From Streptococcus parasanguinis (lineage in GTDB: Bacteria; Bacillota; Bacilli; Lactobacillales; Streptococcaceae), in contig CAJJKY010000008.1 in assembly GCA_905188195.1 (NCBI GenBank), positions 1,056-65,055 on the forward strand: a DNA stretch of 64,000 bases. The letters are read 5' to 3'. Position 1 is the first letter of the stretch. Every line of letters starts with the position of its first letter. The notes under the pieces are model-generated. The model was not told the origin of the DNA. It made no database searches and saw only the letters and a list, made by a program, of their open reading frames with translations. Of this stretch, positions 41,170 to 51,997 are shown one piece after another. The translations under genes and the position numbers were made by a program.

Positions 41170-44100
41170 ATGAAAAAAACAACTCTTGTTTCTCTACTCG
41201 TTGCAGGTTTACTGATTAGTCCTGCTGTACTCGCCCAGCATGTGCAAGCAGACCAAGTAAGTAGCACAACTACTGAGGAGACGGTGACTCCTTCTACGGC
41301 AAGTCCTGAAGTTACTGAAACAGTGACCTCAACACAAGGAGATACTAAAGAAATCGTACAGCCTGAAAAAGTGGAAGAGGTTTCAGAAACTAACAGACCA
41401 ACCACTTCGCCAACCGCTCCGACAACTACTCCGACGACTGAGCTACATGAAGAACCTGCGTCAAGTTCAACGGTGGTGAGCGCTCTAACTGTTGAGCCCA
41501 CTCTAACCAATCAGCCAAGCCTTGCGCCTGCGACGCCTACCGTTGGTAGTCAAGAGGAGCGCGCGATTCCAAAAGTAACCCAAGGAGACTTGGCTGAAAT
41601 TACTGGTGCAACTGTAACCGACCAGTATCGTGAAAAAGAAGTCACTGTGACGGAGGCAGTCAATCAACTATTGAACTGGGCTTCAATCAAGGAAAATCAA
41701 GTCGGATCTACTGATAAAGATCGATTAGCTTTTGCCAAGAGCCTTGGGATGGTCAAGGAAGGAGTGGAGGGATCTGCTCCGGTCACCAATCTCACTTCAA
41801 TGGTTGATGTAGCCAAACAGCTTCGAGCAGCTTACCGCGCGGATAAGAAGACCCCTCTCTTTTTGAATGGCAAAGCACAACCTATTTTCCCATTTACGCC
41901 AGGGGACGATCCGGAGCATTACTCCTATGATAAGAGTGACATCGTCCGCTATATTGTCTATGTGGAAACCGATTATGATACGGATGGAGACGGCAAGCCT
42001 GACTTGGTCAAGACCTTCGTGCAGGTGCCAAAAGCTGCTGTCAATGGGGACTATAAGGCAGCCAGCATCTTTGAAGCCAGCCCATATGTAACAGGAACAA
42101 CAGAAGAGCGTACCTTAGAGGGAATTGGTCTCAAAGAAGGTGGTAACTTCGATATGGCCAAGCTCTATGAAAAACCTGCCAAACGCCAAGCAACCAAGAC
42201 TGTTACGACAGAAGAAGTAGCCAAAGCGACCGATCCAAAGGATTGGTACTATGTCAATCCGCGTGAAAGCTCTGAAGATTATACGCATTATGATTATGAA
42301 AATCTTAACTGGTACAATTATTTCTTAGTTCGTGGTTATGCAGTGGTGACCAGCAGTGGTTTGGGCTCAAAAGGATCAGACGGGATCAATACGACTGGCT
42401 CTGACCTTGAAGTCGCTGCTTATAAAAATATCGTTGAATGGCTCAATGGCAAACGCAAAGCCTACTCTGATAAGACTAGCAACCATGAAGTCAAGGCAGA
42501 CTGGTCCAACGGAAACGTCGCCATGACTGGTTTGTCTTGGGCAGGTACGACAACATTTGGCGTAGCTTCTACTGGTGTTGAAGGGCTCAAGACCATTGTG
42601 CCAGCTGCAGGGATTGCTAGTTGGTATGACCATTTCAACAGCCAAGGATCTCCTCTTGATACCGGAGCTTCCAATGACCTATCTTGGCTGTCTGTCTATA
42701 CCTCAGGCCGAATCCTTGATAAGGAAGATTGGGACAAGATCAAGGATTACTATGCAGCCTATATCACCAAGCTCAATGAGCTCCAACACAAGGATGGTCA
42801 TAATTATAATGAAGAATATGCCAAACGCGACTACACCTTAAATGCAAGCAACTTAAAGGCGGCCCCTCTCATTATCCAAGGGCTCAATGATGACAATGTC
42901 AAACCAAAACATTTTGAACTCATGCTGGAAGCCTATAAGAAGGCGGGGATTGATCCCAAGGTCTTGCTCCACCAGGGCAATCACATCTATCCATCTACTC
43001 GTTGGTCAGGGACAGAAGTCGCAGGCCAAGCCTTTAATGACCTGATGAATCTCTGGTATAGCCATTACCTCTACGGTATTGAAAATGGGATTGAAAACCT
43101 TCCACAAGTAACAGCTCAGGACAATCTAGATCCAAGTAAATGGCGTCGTTTTGATAAATGGGATACCAATAATGCCATCTCTGCTCGAATCTACTCAAAA
43201 CGGGAGGATGTGACAGTAACTGGTGATTACTATGGTACGGGAAACAACTGGACTACACGTAACCAAGATGCAGCCTTCCATTCCTCAGAAGTAGCGGCTT
43301 CCTATGCAGCACCTGTCGACCAAGATGTCACCATCAAAGGCCATATTCCTGTGCATTTTAGCGCTGCTTTTGTCAAGGGAGACAAAAATCATGCCCATGT
43401 CAGTGCGACCTTGATGGATGTCTCAGACGAAGACTTTGATGTGGTCAAAGAAGAAATCACCTATGACAAAGACGGTTATAGCACACGCACATTGGACAAA
43501 GAAACGATCGATGAGACAGGCTACTGGAATGGTAGCAACCTTGAAACCTTGCCTCTCAAACGTTACAAGACCCACAAGGTTAAGAGTGTGGTGATTGCGC
43601 GTGGTTGGATGAATCTGGCCAATCCAGCATCTCGCTATGACTCAGCAAGTTCTAGTCATTCTATTGATCTGAAAGAAAATGAATATCATGATTACACCAT
43701 GTATCTGCAACCAAATCTCTATACAGTAAAAAAAGGCCACCGACTGGTTTTGAGTTTGCACACCTATGATCCAGATTACATCTATTTTGCAGATCCTTAT
43801 GAAGTGTCCTTCAAGACAGATTCTATTTCTGCAACGATTCCAATCGTAGAAGACAGTCGGTCTCTCTTGTTCCGTTATCAACCAAGTGAAAAAGATACAG
43901 AGTATGCGTCATTGGCAGATCGGATCTTGCCAATTGCAACCATTCAACCAAAAGTAGATCCTGAACAAGACCCAAGTCCAGTAGATCAAGCAGAAAAACC
44001 AATTGTTCCAAGTAATCTAATGACGCCAACCAATCCAGCTGCTTCTGAAATTCCTCAAAAACCAAGCCACGGTCGAGATCCGATGGACTTCCGTAAGGAA

Positions 44101-44280
44101 CAAAAAGAAGAAACTGCACAAGAATTGGCTCAAAGAGCTGATAAAGATGAGATAGAAGTGACAAGCCAACAAAACCTTCCAAAAACAGGTCAAGCAACAA
44201 GCCCTTGGACTCTCTTTGGCTTCCTAGGACTCATGCTCACCAGCCTGTTGTCACTTGGCAAAGCTCACAAAGATGAATAA
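41170..44280 (+). CDS. second LPXTG-anchored S15 peptidase-like paralogue
   Basis: Signal peptide; GLSWAG, GLNDDNV, HQGNH; LPKTG. Confidence 0.85.
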   Translation: MKKTTLVSLLVAGLLISPAVLAQHVQADQVSSTTTEETVTPSTASPEVTETVTSTQGDTKEIVQPEKVEEVSETNRPTTSPTAPTTTPTTELHEEPASSSTVVSALTVEPTLTNQPSLAPATPTVGSQEERAIPKVTQGDLAEITGATVTDQYREKEVTVTEAVNQLLNWASIKENQVGSTDKDRLAFAKSLGMVKEGVEGSAPVTNLTSMVDVAKQLRAAYRADKKTPLFLNGKAQPIFPFTPGDDPEHYSYDKSDIVRYIVYVETDYDTDGDGKPDLVKTFVQVPKAAVNGDYKAASIFEASPYVTGTTEERTLEGIGLKEGGNFDMAKLYEKPAKRQATKTVTTEEVAKATDPKDWYYVNPRESSEDYTHYDYENLNWYNYFLVRGYAVVTSSGLGSKGSDGINTTGSDLEVAAYKNIVEWLNGKRKAYSDKTSNHEVKADWSNGNVAMTGLSWAGTTTFGVASTGVEGLKTIVPAAGIASWYDHFNSQGSPLDTGASNDLSWLSVYTSGRILDKEDWDKIKDYYAAYITKLNELQHKDGHNYNEEYAKRDYTLNASNLKAAPLIIQGLNDDNVKPKHFELMLEAYKKAGIDPKVLLHQGNHIYPSTRWSGTEVAGQAFNDLMNLWYSHYLYGIENGIENLPQVTAQDNLDPSKWRRFDKWDTNNAISARIYSKREDVTVTGDYYGTGNNWTTRNQDAAFHSSEVAASYAAPVDQDVTIKGHIPVHFSAAFVKGDKNHAHVSATLMDVSDEDFDVVKEEITYDKDGYSTRTLDKETIDETGYWNGSNLETLPLKRYKTHKVKSVVIARGWMNLANPASRYDSASSSHSIDLKENEYHDYTMYLQPNLYTVKKGHRLVLSLHTYDPDYIYFADPYEVSFKTDSISATIPIVEDSRSLLFRYQPSEKDTEYASLADRILPIATIQPKVDPEQDPSPVDQAEKPIVPSNLMTPTNPAASEIPQKPSHGRDPMDFRKEQKEETAQELAQRADKDEIEVTSQQNLPKTGQATSPWTLFGFLGLMLTSLLSLGKAHKDE

Positions 44281-44303
44281 TAGAAAAGAAGGATGGAGAG
44301 AAA

Positions 44304-45935
44304 GTGAAAACCACCAATAGAGAGAGCATCGAAACGATTTTTACTGAAGCCTTGGCGATCCCAAGCTTTACCAACACTGAGACCGAGCAAGGAATCGAAG
44401 CCTACCTGGATCAACGGATTGGACAAATCCCCTATTTCAAGGAACATCCGGACCATTTTGGGCGCTATCAGGTGCCACAGGATCACTTGCATCGGTCGGT
44501 CAATTGGGCCTTGGTTGATAAGGGCAAGAAAAAAACAGTTATCCTTTTCCACCACCATGATACAGTCGATCTAGAAGACTATGGAAATTTGGCAGAAATC
44601 GCGCTCGATTCTGATCAAGTAGCAGAAGCCTTGAAAACACTGGATAGGCGACCAGATATGCAGGAAGATTTAGCTTCTGGGGAGTGGAAATTTGGCAGAG
44701 GGTCTTGCGATATGAAAGCAGCCCTAGCCCTTCAATTGGGGGTTCTGGAAGCCTATGCAGCAGACCCCACAGGAGGTCAGGTCAATCTGCTTTATCTCTC
44801 TGTTGGAGACGAGGAATCCTATTCACGTGGGATGCGTGGAGCCTTAGGCCTCCTTACAGATTTGCAGGAAAAGTTTGATCTGAATTATGTATTAGCAGTG
44901 GATTCAGAGCCCTTTGAATCGGAAGTAGGAAAAGAAAAGGTCCTTCACATTGGCGCAGTCGGCAAACTCATGCCAGTCGTTGTGGCGCAAGGCGTCTTGT
45001 CCCATATGAAGGAGCCACTCAAAGGGATCAATGCCTTGTCGCTCTTAGTAGCTATTGCAAGCCAGCTGGATCTTCATCCCGATCTGGCAGATCAGGCCTT
45101 GGGAGAAACGTCTCCCCTTCCTTCTTGGTCCTATCTCAGAGATTTGAAGGAGCAGTACGATGTATCGACCGTGCTGTATGCGGCTGGTTATTTCAGTGTG
45201 TTGCATTTGAAGAAAACACCGCAAGAACTCTTGCAACGAATCTATGAGCTTAGTCAGGAGGCTTTGGACGCCTTTTACAAGAAGTATGAGCACTTGCAGG
45301 ATCAGGCTGGTCAAGACCATATGATTGCAAGGCCAAGAGTCATCACCTATCAAGAATTAGAGGAACGTTGCCAAGCCTTAGAGGGCTACCAAGCCTTTAG
45401 AGAAGCTTCTAATAAAAAAGCGGAGCAAGATTTTCGTAATGGGACCAGCTACCAGAGCCTTGCGATTCAGCAAATCCAGCGACTCCTTGAGTTTCTCGGA
45501 GATAAGGATCCTATGGTGGTCATCGGTTTTGCGCCCCCCTATTATCCTTCCATGAATTGCCGCTTTTTAGACAATACCGATTTCAATATCGTGTCCCTCA
45601 TCACTGATTACCGCGAGTATCTGGACACAAGAGGTTACCTCTTAAAAGTGGAAGAATACTTTATGGGGATTAACGACACCAGTTATTGTGCCTTGGAAAA
45701 GGATGTGGCTTCTTATCAAGTCGTCCTAGATAGCCTAGCCACACCAGCTCAAGTCTATGATCTGGATCTGGAAAAAATTGCCCAAATTCAGGTCCCAGCA
45801 GTTAATCTAGGACCATGGGGTAAAGAATTGCATAAGCGAGGAGAGCGGGTCTACAAAGAAGACTTCTTGGAGACCATTCCCAACTATCTGCTAGAATTGC
45901 TCTACCATTTCGATGATCGCTTATCAACAGAATAA
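44304..45935 (+). CDS. M20 family peptidase, RocB-like
   Basis: HHHDTV, GRGSCDMK, DEE motifs. Confidence 0.8.
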   Translation: MKTTNRESIETIFTEALAIPSFTNTETEQGIEAYLDQRIGQIPYFKEHPDHFGRYQVPQDHLHRSVNWALVDKGKKKTVILFHHHDTVDLEDYGNLAEIALDSDQVAEALKTLDRRPDMQEDLASGEWKFGRGSCDMKAALALQLGVLEAYAADPTGGQVNLLYLSVGDEESYSRGMRGALGLLTDLQEKFDLNYVLAVDSEPFESEVGKEKVLHIGAVGKLMPVVVAQGVLSHMKEPLKGINALSLLVAIASQLDLHPDLADQALGETSPLPSWSYLRDLKEQYDVSTVLYAAGYFSVLHLKKTPQELLQRIYELSQEALDAFYKKYEHLQDQAGQDHMIARPRVITYQELEERCQALEGYQAFREASNKKAEQDFRNGTSYQSLAIQQIQRLLEFLGDKDPMVVIGFAPPYYPSMNCRFLDNTDFNIVSLITDYREYLDTRGYLLKVEEYFMGINDTSYCALEKDVASYQVVLDSLATPAQVYDLDLEKIAQIQVPAVNLGPWGKELHKRGERVYKEDFLETIPNYLLELLYHFDDRLSTE

Positions 45936-45974
45936 GAAAAAACGGTCCCAATGAGGATCGATTAGGGAGTTAAC

Positions 45975-46718
45975 ATGATTACATTTCACGGAGTTACCAA
46001 AGATTACGATGGGCACATTGCCCTTAACCACTTGGATCTGACCATCGAAGATGGGCAAATTGTCGGCCTGATTGGCCATAACGGAGCTGGAAAGTCAACG
46101 ACGATTAAGAGCCTGGTCAGTGTCATCACCCCAACCACTGGATCCATTGAAGTGGATGGTCAGGACCTCTATAGCCATCGACTGGCGATCAAAAAGAAGA
46201 TCGGTTATGTGGCAGATTCGCCAGATCTTTTCTTGCGCCTCACAGCCAATGAATTCTGGGAGTTGGTTGCGACCTCTTATGATATGAGTCAGAAAGACTG
46301 TGACCAACGCCTAGAGGAGCTTCTTAGGATCTTTGATTTTCAGAGCCACCGCTATGAAGTGATTGAATCCTTTTCACATGGGATGCGCCAGAAGGTCTTC
46401 GTCATTGCAGCCCTCTTGTCAGATCCAGATATCTGGGTCTTGGACGAACCGATGACCGGTTTAGACCCACAGGCTTCTTACGATTTAAAACAAATGATGC
46501 GCCAGCATGCGGATCGTGGCAAGACGGTTATTTTCTCTACCCACGTCTTAGAAGTGGCTGAACAACTCTGTGATAAAATCGCCATTCTTAAAAAAGGTAA
46601 TCTTATTTTCTATGGGACGATCGAGGAATTGAAAGGTCAACACCCCGAACAAAGTCTGGAAAGTATCTATCTCAGCCTAGCGGGTCGGAAGGAAGAAGGT
46701 GGCGATCATGCGTCTTAA
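45975..46718 (+). CDS. ABC transporter ATPase
   Basis: GHNGAGKST, FSHGMRQK, LDEP. Confidence 0.9.
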   Translation: MITFHGVTKDYDGHIALNHLDLTIEDGQIVGLIGHNGAGKSTTIKSLVSVITPTTGSIEVDGQDLYSHRLAIKKKIGYVADSPDLFLRLTANEFWELVATSYDMSQKDCDQRLEELLRIFDFQSHRYEVIESFSHGMRQKVFVIAALLSDPDIWVLDEPMTGLDPQASYDLKQMMRQHADRGKTVIFSTHVLEVAEQLCDKIAILKKGNLIFYGTIEELKGQHPEQSLESIYLSLAGRKEEGGDHAS

Positions 46719-48354
46719 GATCATCCAGCAGCTGGTCAATGTTAATATCATCTATGCCAGTCAGCCTGCTCAGATCGCAAAATTACGTGCCAAACAGGCC
46801 AAAAAACCGGACGTCAAACTCGATGTCGCCCGTAAATCAGTGCTCAACTACCTCTTATTAGGATTGGTCTATTTCGTCATATTTGGCTTGCTTTTTAGCA
46901 TCTATGATTTTGTCCATCAACCAGCCTTCTTTGTCAATATGGTGGCCCTCTTTTCCTTGATGACCATTTCCCAAGGATTTATGAGCTTTTACAATGTCTT
47001 TTATGAAAGCAAGGACCTCCAGTTTTACCGGCCCTATGCCTTCTCAGATGCGGAAGTCATTGCTGGAAAGAGTATCTCGGTCATCCTGACCCTTCTCATG
47101 GCTATCCTTCCCTTGGTCAGCTATTTTTTGATCCTGCCTGTCCAAGCAGGCGGCTTCAATCCGTTAGGGATCCTGCTTGGCCTCTTTTGTGCCTTAATTC
47201 TCTTAGGCGTTCTCTTTTTAGCGACGATCATCCTATCCCATCTGATCACTAAGACCCTATTTTTCAAAAAACACACGACCCTGGTCTCCAACATCATGGT
47301 CGGAATTGGTTCTCTTCTGAGTCTAGGAGCTTATCTCTATCTGAATCTAGTCCAGACCCATCGGGTAGAAGTGACAGGGGGCGCAGATATTCCCATTCTA
47401 TTTCCACCTTTTACGGCCTTTCATCAGTTCATCCTCCATCCTTTTGATGGAGAAGCGATCCTTGGTCTCATGGGCTGGATCCTGGTCCTTCTGGTCTTGA
47501 TCGGCCTGGTTCGCAAAATCGTGATACCGCAGTTCTATGATGCGGCCCTTGCAGTTGCGACCAACCAAACCGTTAAAGAGCGCGTGAAAGTGCTCCATGT
47601 TGGTCAGAAAGATTCCTTTAGGCGATTTGTCATTCAGTATCATCGCAGACTCTTGAGCGATGGAACCCTTATGGTGCAAGTCCTCTTGATGATGAGTATT
47701 CTGCCATATATTTTCCTCCTCAGTGGAGCAGCAGGAGCGTCTAAAAATATAGGAGGACTCAGTTCTTACTTGACGCCCCAGTATCTGGTGCCACTGACCC
47801 TTGTTGCCATCTTGATCGGTGTTTTCAACAGTTTTGGAGGTTTGACCAGTATCGGTATTTCGCTGGAGCGCGAAAACTTTGAGTACCTGAGATCGCTCCC
47901 TATTGATTTCAAACGCTATCTCTTCATGAAGTTTTGGTTGCTCTATCTGGTGCAATCCATCCTTCCTGTCATTCTTCTAGTTGGCGTTTGTCTCTATTTT
48001 GGCGTCCATCCCTTGGCTATCCTTGCCATGTTACTGATCTGGATCGTAACCACCATTCCGATCTGCATTCGAGACTATGTCAAAGATTTTCAGAACTTTA
48101 GCACCAATTGGACCAATATCACGGAGTTGATGACCCGTCATCGTGGGAATGCAGTTCTTCAGTCTATTTTCTTGATTGTCTTTCTCTTTGTGATGTTTCT
48201 CTTGATCATTGTCAGCTTCATTTGGACCTATCATTCCGTCAGTACCTTGCTAGCTGTGATCCTTTATAGTGTCATACTGCTAATTGGTGCTGGGATCAGC
48301 TATACCATCTACCGCAAAAAAATCCGCACTCTCTACCAAGAGATCGGAGAATAA
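46708..48354 (+). CDS. ABC exporter permease
   Basis: Polytopic; overlaps the ATPase gene. Confidence 0.8.
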   Translation: MRLKIIQQLVNVNIIYASQPAQIAKLRAKQAKKPDVKLDVARKSVLNYLLLGLVYFVIFGLLFSIYDFVHQPAFFVNMVALFSLMTISQGFMSFYNVFYESKDLQFYRPYAFSDAEVIAGKSISVILTLLMAILPLVSYFLILPVQAGGFNPLGILLGLFCALILLGVLFLATIILSHLITKTLFFKKHTTLVSNIMVGIGSLLSLGAYLYLNLVQTHRVEVTGGADIPILFPPFTAFHQFILHPFDGEAILGLMGWILVLLVLIGLVRKIVIPQFYDAALAVATNQTVKERVKVLHVGQKDSFRRFVIQYHRRLLSDGTLMVQVLLMMSILPYIFLLSGAAGASKNIGGLSSYLTPQYLVPLTLVAILIGVFNSFGGLTSIGISLERENFEYLRSLPIDFKRYLFMKFWLLYLVQSILPVILLVGVCLYFGVHPLAILAMLLIWIVTTIPICIRDYVKDFQNFSTNWTNITELMTRHRGNAVLQSIFLIVFLFVMFLLIIVSFIWTYHSVSTLLAVILYSVILLIGAGISYTIYRKKIRTLYQEIGE

Positions 48355-48356
48355 AA

Positions 48357-48537
48357 AGAGAGAGTGGGACAGAAATCGGTCATTCGTTAGAATTCGATTT
48401 CGTCGTCCCACCTCCGCACAGTTGAGTAGGGCTGTAAAAGCTGATGAAATCAGCGTAGTAGAGCCCACTCAACCACTGCGTCTTGCTCGACAATCCAAAA
48501 ACAAAAAAGAGGCTAGGACTTTTGTCCCAGCCTCTTT
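48357..48537. repeat. streptococcal interspersed structured repeat (about 180 bp), copy 1
   Basis: GAGAGTGGGACAGAAATCGG...GGCTAGGACTTTTGTCCCAGCCTC; near-identical to 50762-50940. Confidence 0.85.
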
Positions 48538-48547
48538 TTAGTGGTGA

Positions 48548-49390
48548 TTAAATTTCATAGCCCATGAGGAGCCCGCCTTCTTCGGCATAGAAACTACAAA
48601 GTCCAGAAGTAGGAAGGACTTCAATCATTGCATGGGCAAATTTTTCTCGAATCAATGCAGAGAATTGCTCGATAAATTTTTCATTGTTGCGGTGGGCGAT
48701 GGTGATATGTCCGCCAGCATAACCCGCCTTGATTAATTCATCAAAAGCCGCCTTGATCGCTTTCTTTTGGCCCCGTGCTTTTTGAAGCAACTCAAGGGTA
48801 CCCGTCTTACTAGCTTCGCCGACCATACGGATATTGAGGAGCCCGACAACAGTTCCGAGCAATTTGCTGAGACGCCCATTTTTGACCAGATTATCAACTT
48901 TAGCCAAAACAAAGAGCAACTTCGTCTTAGACTGATAGGTCGTGATCACATCGACCACTTGATCAAAATCAAGGCCTTCAGCGACCAACTGATTGAGCTT
49001 GCGAACGATCAGGTCCACCTCACCCCCAGCTGACAAGCTATTAATGACGTGGATATTGGTATTCGGATGCTCTTCTAGATAAATCTTCTTAGCTACCTCA
49101 GCACTATTGTAGCTACCTGAAAGGGTTCCAGTGATGGTCACAACGACGATATTTTCAGCCCCTTCAAAGGACTTCATGTAGTCATCCGGACTCGGACAGG
49201 CAGACTTAGAAGCTGTCGTAGTCGCATACATCTCTTCCATCATCTGATCGATATTGAGGTGGGCGTCGTCTGTATAGATGGTCTCCCCCACTTGGATGGT
49301 CAATGGGACACTGACAAACTCCGTATCCGGTGCCAGATTGTCCAAAGAGCGGTAGTCACAGCCTGAATCCGCAATAATTTTCCATTTCAT
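48548..49390 (-). CDS. DegV family fatty-acid-binding protein
   Basis: MKWKIIADSGCD, LSGSYNSA, LVKNGRLS. Confidence 0.9.
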   Translation of the reverse strand: MKWKIIADSGCDYRSLDNLAPDTEFVSVPLTIQVGETIYTDDAHLNIDQMMEEMYATTTASKSACPSPDDYMKSFEGAENIVVVTITGTLSGSYNSAEVAKKIYLEEHPNTNIHVINSLSAGGEVDLIVRKLNQLVAEGLDFDQVVDVITTYQSKTKLLFVLAKVDNLVKNGRLSKLLGTVVGLLNIRMVGEASKTGTLELLQKARGQKKAIKAAFDELIKAGYAGGHITIAHRNNEKFIEQFSALIREKFAHAMIEVLPTSGLCSFYAEEGGLLMGYEI

Positions 49391-49519
49391 CAGTTCATAC
49401 CTCATAATTGTATAAAAATGTACATTGACAAGTAGTATGTCTTCTTTTACAATTATATCATGAAGTACAATGCTATCCAAGCAGATATCATCAGGTGAGA
49501 CAGATAGAAAGTAAATGTT

Positions 49520-50089
49520 ATGGCAGAAAGAAAAATATCCGAGAAATCCTTGGAAAATCTCAAACGATTTAACCGAGAAAACAATGCGATTACACGAGAA
49601 TCCATCGAAATCTCTCTCCTGCAATTATTGGAGAAAAAAGATCTGAATAAGATCACCATATCTGAGCTGGTTCAGCGTGCCGGTGTCTCTCGCGCAGCCT
49701 TTTACCGAAATTATGACTCCAAGGAAGAGATTCTAGAGTCCATCTTTCAGTCTAGTATCGCAAAGATTACCAAGTCTTTAGATGGCTACAACCTCAAGAC
49801 AGATCTCTACCAGGTCTGGGTCTACCTCTTTAAGGAAGTCAAGAAAGAAGCCAAAATCATTAGCTTGGCCATTGATTATAATTTTGAGCGACTCTTGACC
49901 AAGGCAGTCTATGACTTTTTAGAAAAACGAAATGGCAGCTCCTCGAATGGCGCTGGCAGCTACCTCAATTCTTTCTGGAGCTCAGCCATTGTCTCTGTCA
50001 TCTCCAAATGGATCAAGGATGGCATGAAGATCCCCGCCGAGAAAATCGCGACCCTAGGGCTGCCCCTCTTTCCACAAAAGAAAAAGTAA
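49520..50089 (+). CDS. TetR-family regulator
   Basis: ITISELVQRAGVSRAAFYRNY. Confidence 0.9.
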   Translation: MAERKISEKSLENLKRFNRENNAITRESIEISLLQLLEKKDLNKITISELVQRAGVSRAAFYRNYDSKEEILESIFQSSIAKITKSLDGYNLKTDLYQVWVYLFKEVKKEAKIISLAIDYNFERLLTKAVYDFLEKRNGSSSNGAGSYLNSFWSSAIVSVISKWIKDGMKIPAEKIATLGLPLFPQKKK

Positions 50090-50188
50090 TCACCACCGAG
50101 AGGTGGTTTTAAAGTAAACTGCACATCTCCATAACTAGTTCAAATGAATAGATAAAACTGAGCAGAGATTAAACAAAGGACAAGAACG

Positions 50189-50758
50189 ATGATCGAAGAA
50201 CGAATCCAAGCTGCTAAGCAGTATGTTAAAACCTTATTTGCTGATCGAGCGGATGGCCATGATGTAGAGCATACCCTCCGCGTCTATACCAATGCTATGA
50301 GAATCGCACAAGCAGAAGGTCCATGTGATCTGGAGATAGTGGGCCTGTCAGCTCTTCTTCACGATGCTGATGATGATAAATTGTTTCATACAGAGAATAA
50401 TGCGAATGCTCGCATGTTTCTAGAAGAGCTGGGTACCTCTAAAAAGCAAATCGACCAGATTTGTCGGGTTATCAATGCTGTTTCTTTCAGCAAAAATCGC
50501 GGGAAACATCCAGAAACCTTAGAAGGCAAGATTGTCCAGGATGCAGATCGCCTGGATGCGATAGGAGCTGTAGGAATTGCGCGAACATTTTCCTATGGTG
50601 GTCACAAAGGGAGGTCCCTCACTGATACCGTCCAACATTTCCACGACAAGTTGCTTCTCTTAAAAGATGAAATGAACACGGAGACTGCTAAGCAAATAGC
50701 AGAAAGTCGCCATCAATTTTTAATCACCTTTCTAAAAGAACTAGAGAAGGAACTCTAA
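50189..50758 (+). CDS. HD-domain phosphohydrolase
   Basis: H...LLHD...QDADRLDA. Confidence 0.85.
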   Translation: MIEERIQAAKQYVKTLFADRADGHDVEHTLRVYTNAMRIAQAEGPCDLEIVGLSALLHDADDDKLFHTENNANARMFLEELGTSKKQIDQICRVINAVSFSKNRGKHPETLEGKIVQDADRLDAIGAVGIARTFSYGGHKGRSLTDTVQHFHDKLLLLKDEMNTETAKQIAESRHQFLITFLKELEKEL

Positions 50759-50761
50759 CAA

Positions 50762-50940
50762 AAGAGAGTGGGACAGAAATCGGTAATTCGTTAGAATTCG
50801 ATTTCGTCGTCCCACCTCCGCACAGTTGAGTAGGGCTGTAAAAGCTGATGAAATCAGCGTAGTAGAGCCCACTCAACCACTGCGTCTTGCTCGACAATCC
50901 AAAAATAATTGAGAGGCTAGGACTTTTGTCCCAGCCTCTT
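50762..50940. repeat. interspersed structured repeat, copy 2
   Basis: Near-identical to 48357-48537. Confidence 0.85.
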
Positions 50941-50943
50941 TCT

Positions 50944-51822
50944 TTAATCTTGCATCATAGCTAAAAGGTCCTCTCCTGTAGTGGTTGGAAGGATCCGGAC
51001 TCGTTTGAGGGCGTATAGGCCATCAGCGGAGCTGGCGAGTCCATTTTTAGTGGTGAGGCCTAATTTGTAGTCAGCTTTCTTGGCTTGGTCGATTGTGACC
51101 TGGCTGTAGCGACCGGATGGGTAGACGATAACGCTGGTATTTTGATCCAGCACCTTATCTAGCAGGCGTTTAGAAGCAACCAGCTCATTCTTTTGGGTCT
51201 CAAGACTGGAATTGGCTAGGTCTGGATGATTGACCGTATGGCTTTCAAAGGTCAAGCCAGCTTTTTTCATCTCTTTGATTTGGTCAAAGGTCAGGACATT
51301 TTCTTTTTCCTTTTGGGTAAAGTCCGTGATGATATTGTTAGTGGCGGTCATCTTGTACTTCTTAAGAAGCGGATAGACGATGGTATAGAAATCCTCGACG
51401 CCATCATCAAAGGTCAGCCAGACAAATTTCTTTCCTTTGGGGACTTCATTTTTAGCGAGGATGCGATAGGCTTCCTCTGGCGTCAATGTGTAGTAACCCG
51501 CATTTTTCAGGGCCTTTAGTTGGCTTTCAAAGGTTTCTGGATCGACAATCAGATTGGCATTGGCAGCTTCAGACTCGGCCATATTGTGCACGGAGTGGTA
51601 CATGAGGATGGGCAGTTTGACCGGTTTTTTCACTCGGGTCCACTCGATAGAGGAACTGTGTTCATCTAGCGAGCGCGTCATGGCAGTGCCGCTGGTATTT
51701 CCATCACTCGGCTGAGTGATCCGCTTGATTAGAAGAAAGCTACAAATAAAGATACAGACCAAGAGGAGTGCATTGATTCCAAGTAGGACTTTGATTTTTT
51801 TAGGTACTCTTCGTTTACTCAT
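50944..51822 (-). CDS. membrane-anchored polysaccharide deacetylase (CE4)
   Basis: PILMYH, LTFDDG, SHTVNH, YPSG. Confidence 0.88.
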   Translation of the reverse strand: MSKRRVPKKIKVLLGINALLLVCIFICSFLLIKRITQPSDGNTSGTAMTRSLDEHSSSIEWTRVKKPVKLPILMYHSVHNMAESEAANANLIVDPETFESQLKALKNAGYYTLTPEEAYRILAKNEVPKGKKFVWLTFDDGVEDFYTIVYPLLKKYKMTATNNIITDFTQKEKENVLTFDQIKEMKKAGLTFESHTVNHPDLANSSLETQKNELVASKRLLDKVLDQNTSVIVYPSGRYSQVTIDQAKKADYKLGLTTKNGLASSADGLYALKRVRILPTTTGEDLLAMMQD

Positions 51823-51997
51823 AGTGTCACCGCTTTCATTATTTTCTTTATTGTACCACAAATTCTATGTTTTTTTCCAGAACTTGCTACAAACTGGTCC
51901 TGTCATGAAAATTCAGACTTTTTAAGGCAATTGGCTGTCAAAAGCCCAAGTTTTTGTTATAATGGAGCTACTATAGAAAATTCAAGGAGTCAATAGG

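Noticed and set aside
48280..48541. ORFs 48280-48468 and 48284-48541
   Set aside because: Chance translations of the interspersed repeat
49391..49624. N-terminal extension of the 358-aa DegV ORF
   Set aside because: It overlaps the divergent TetR gene and promoter; the DegV sequence begins at ATG 49390
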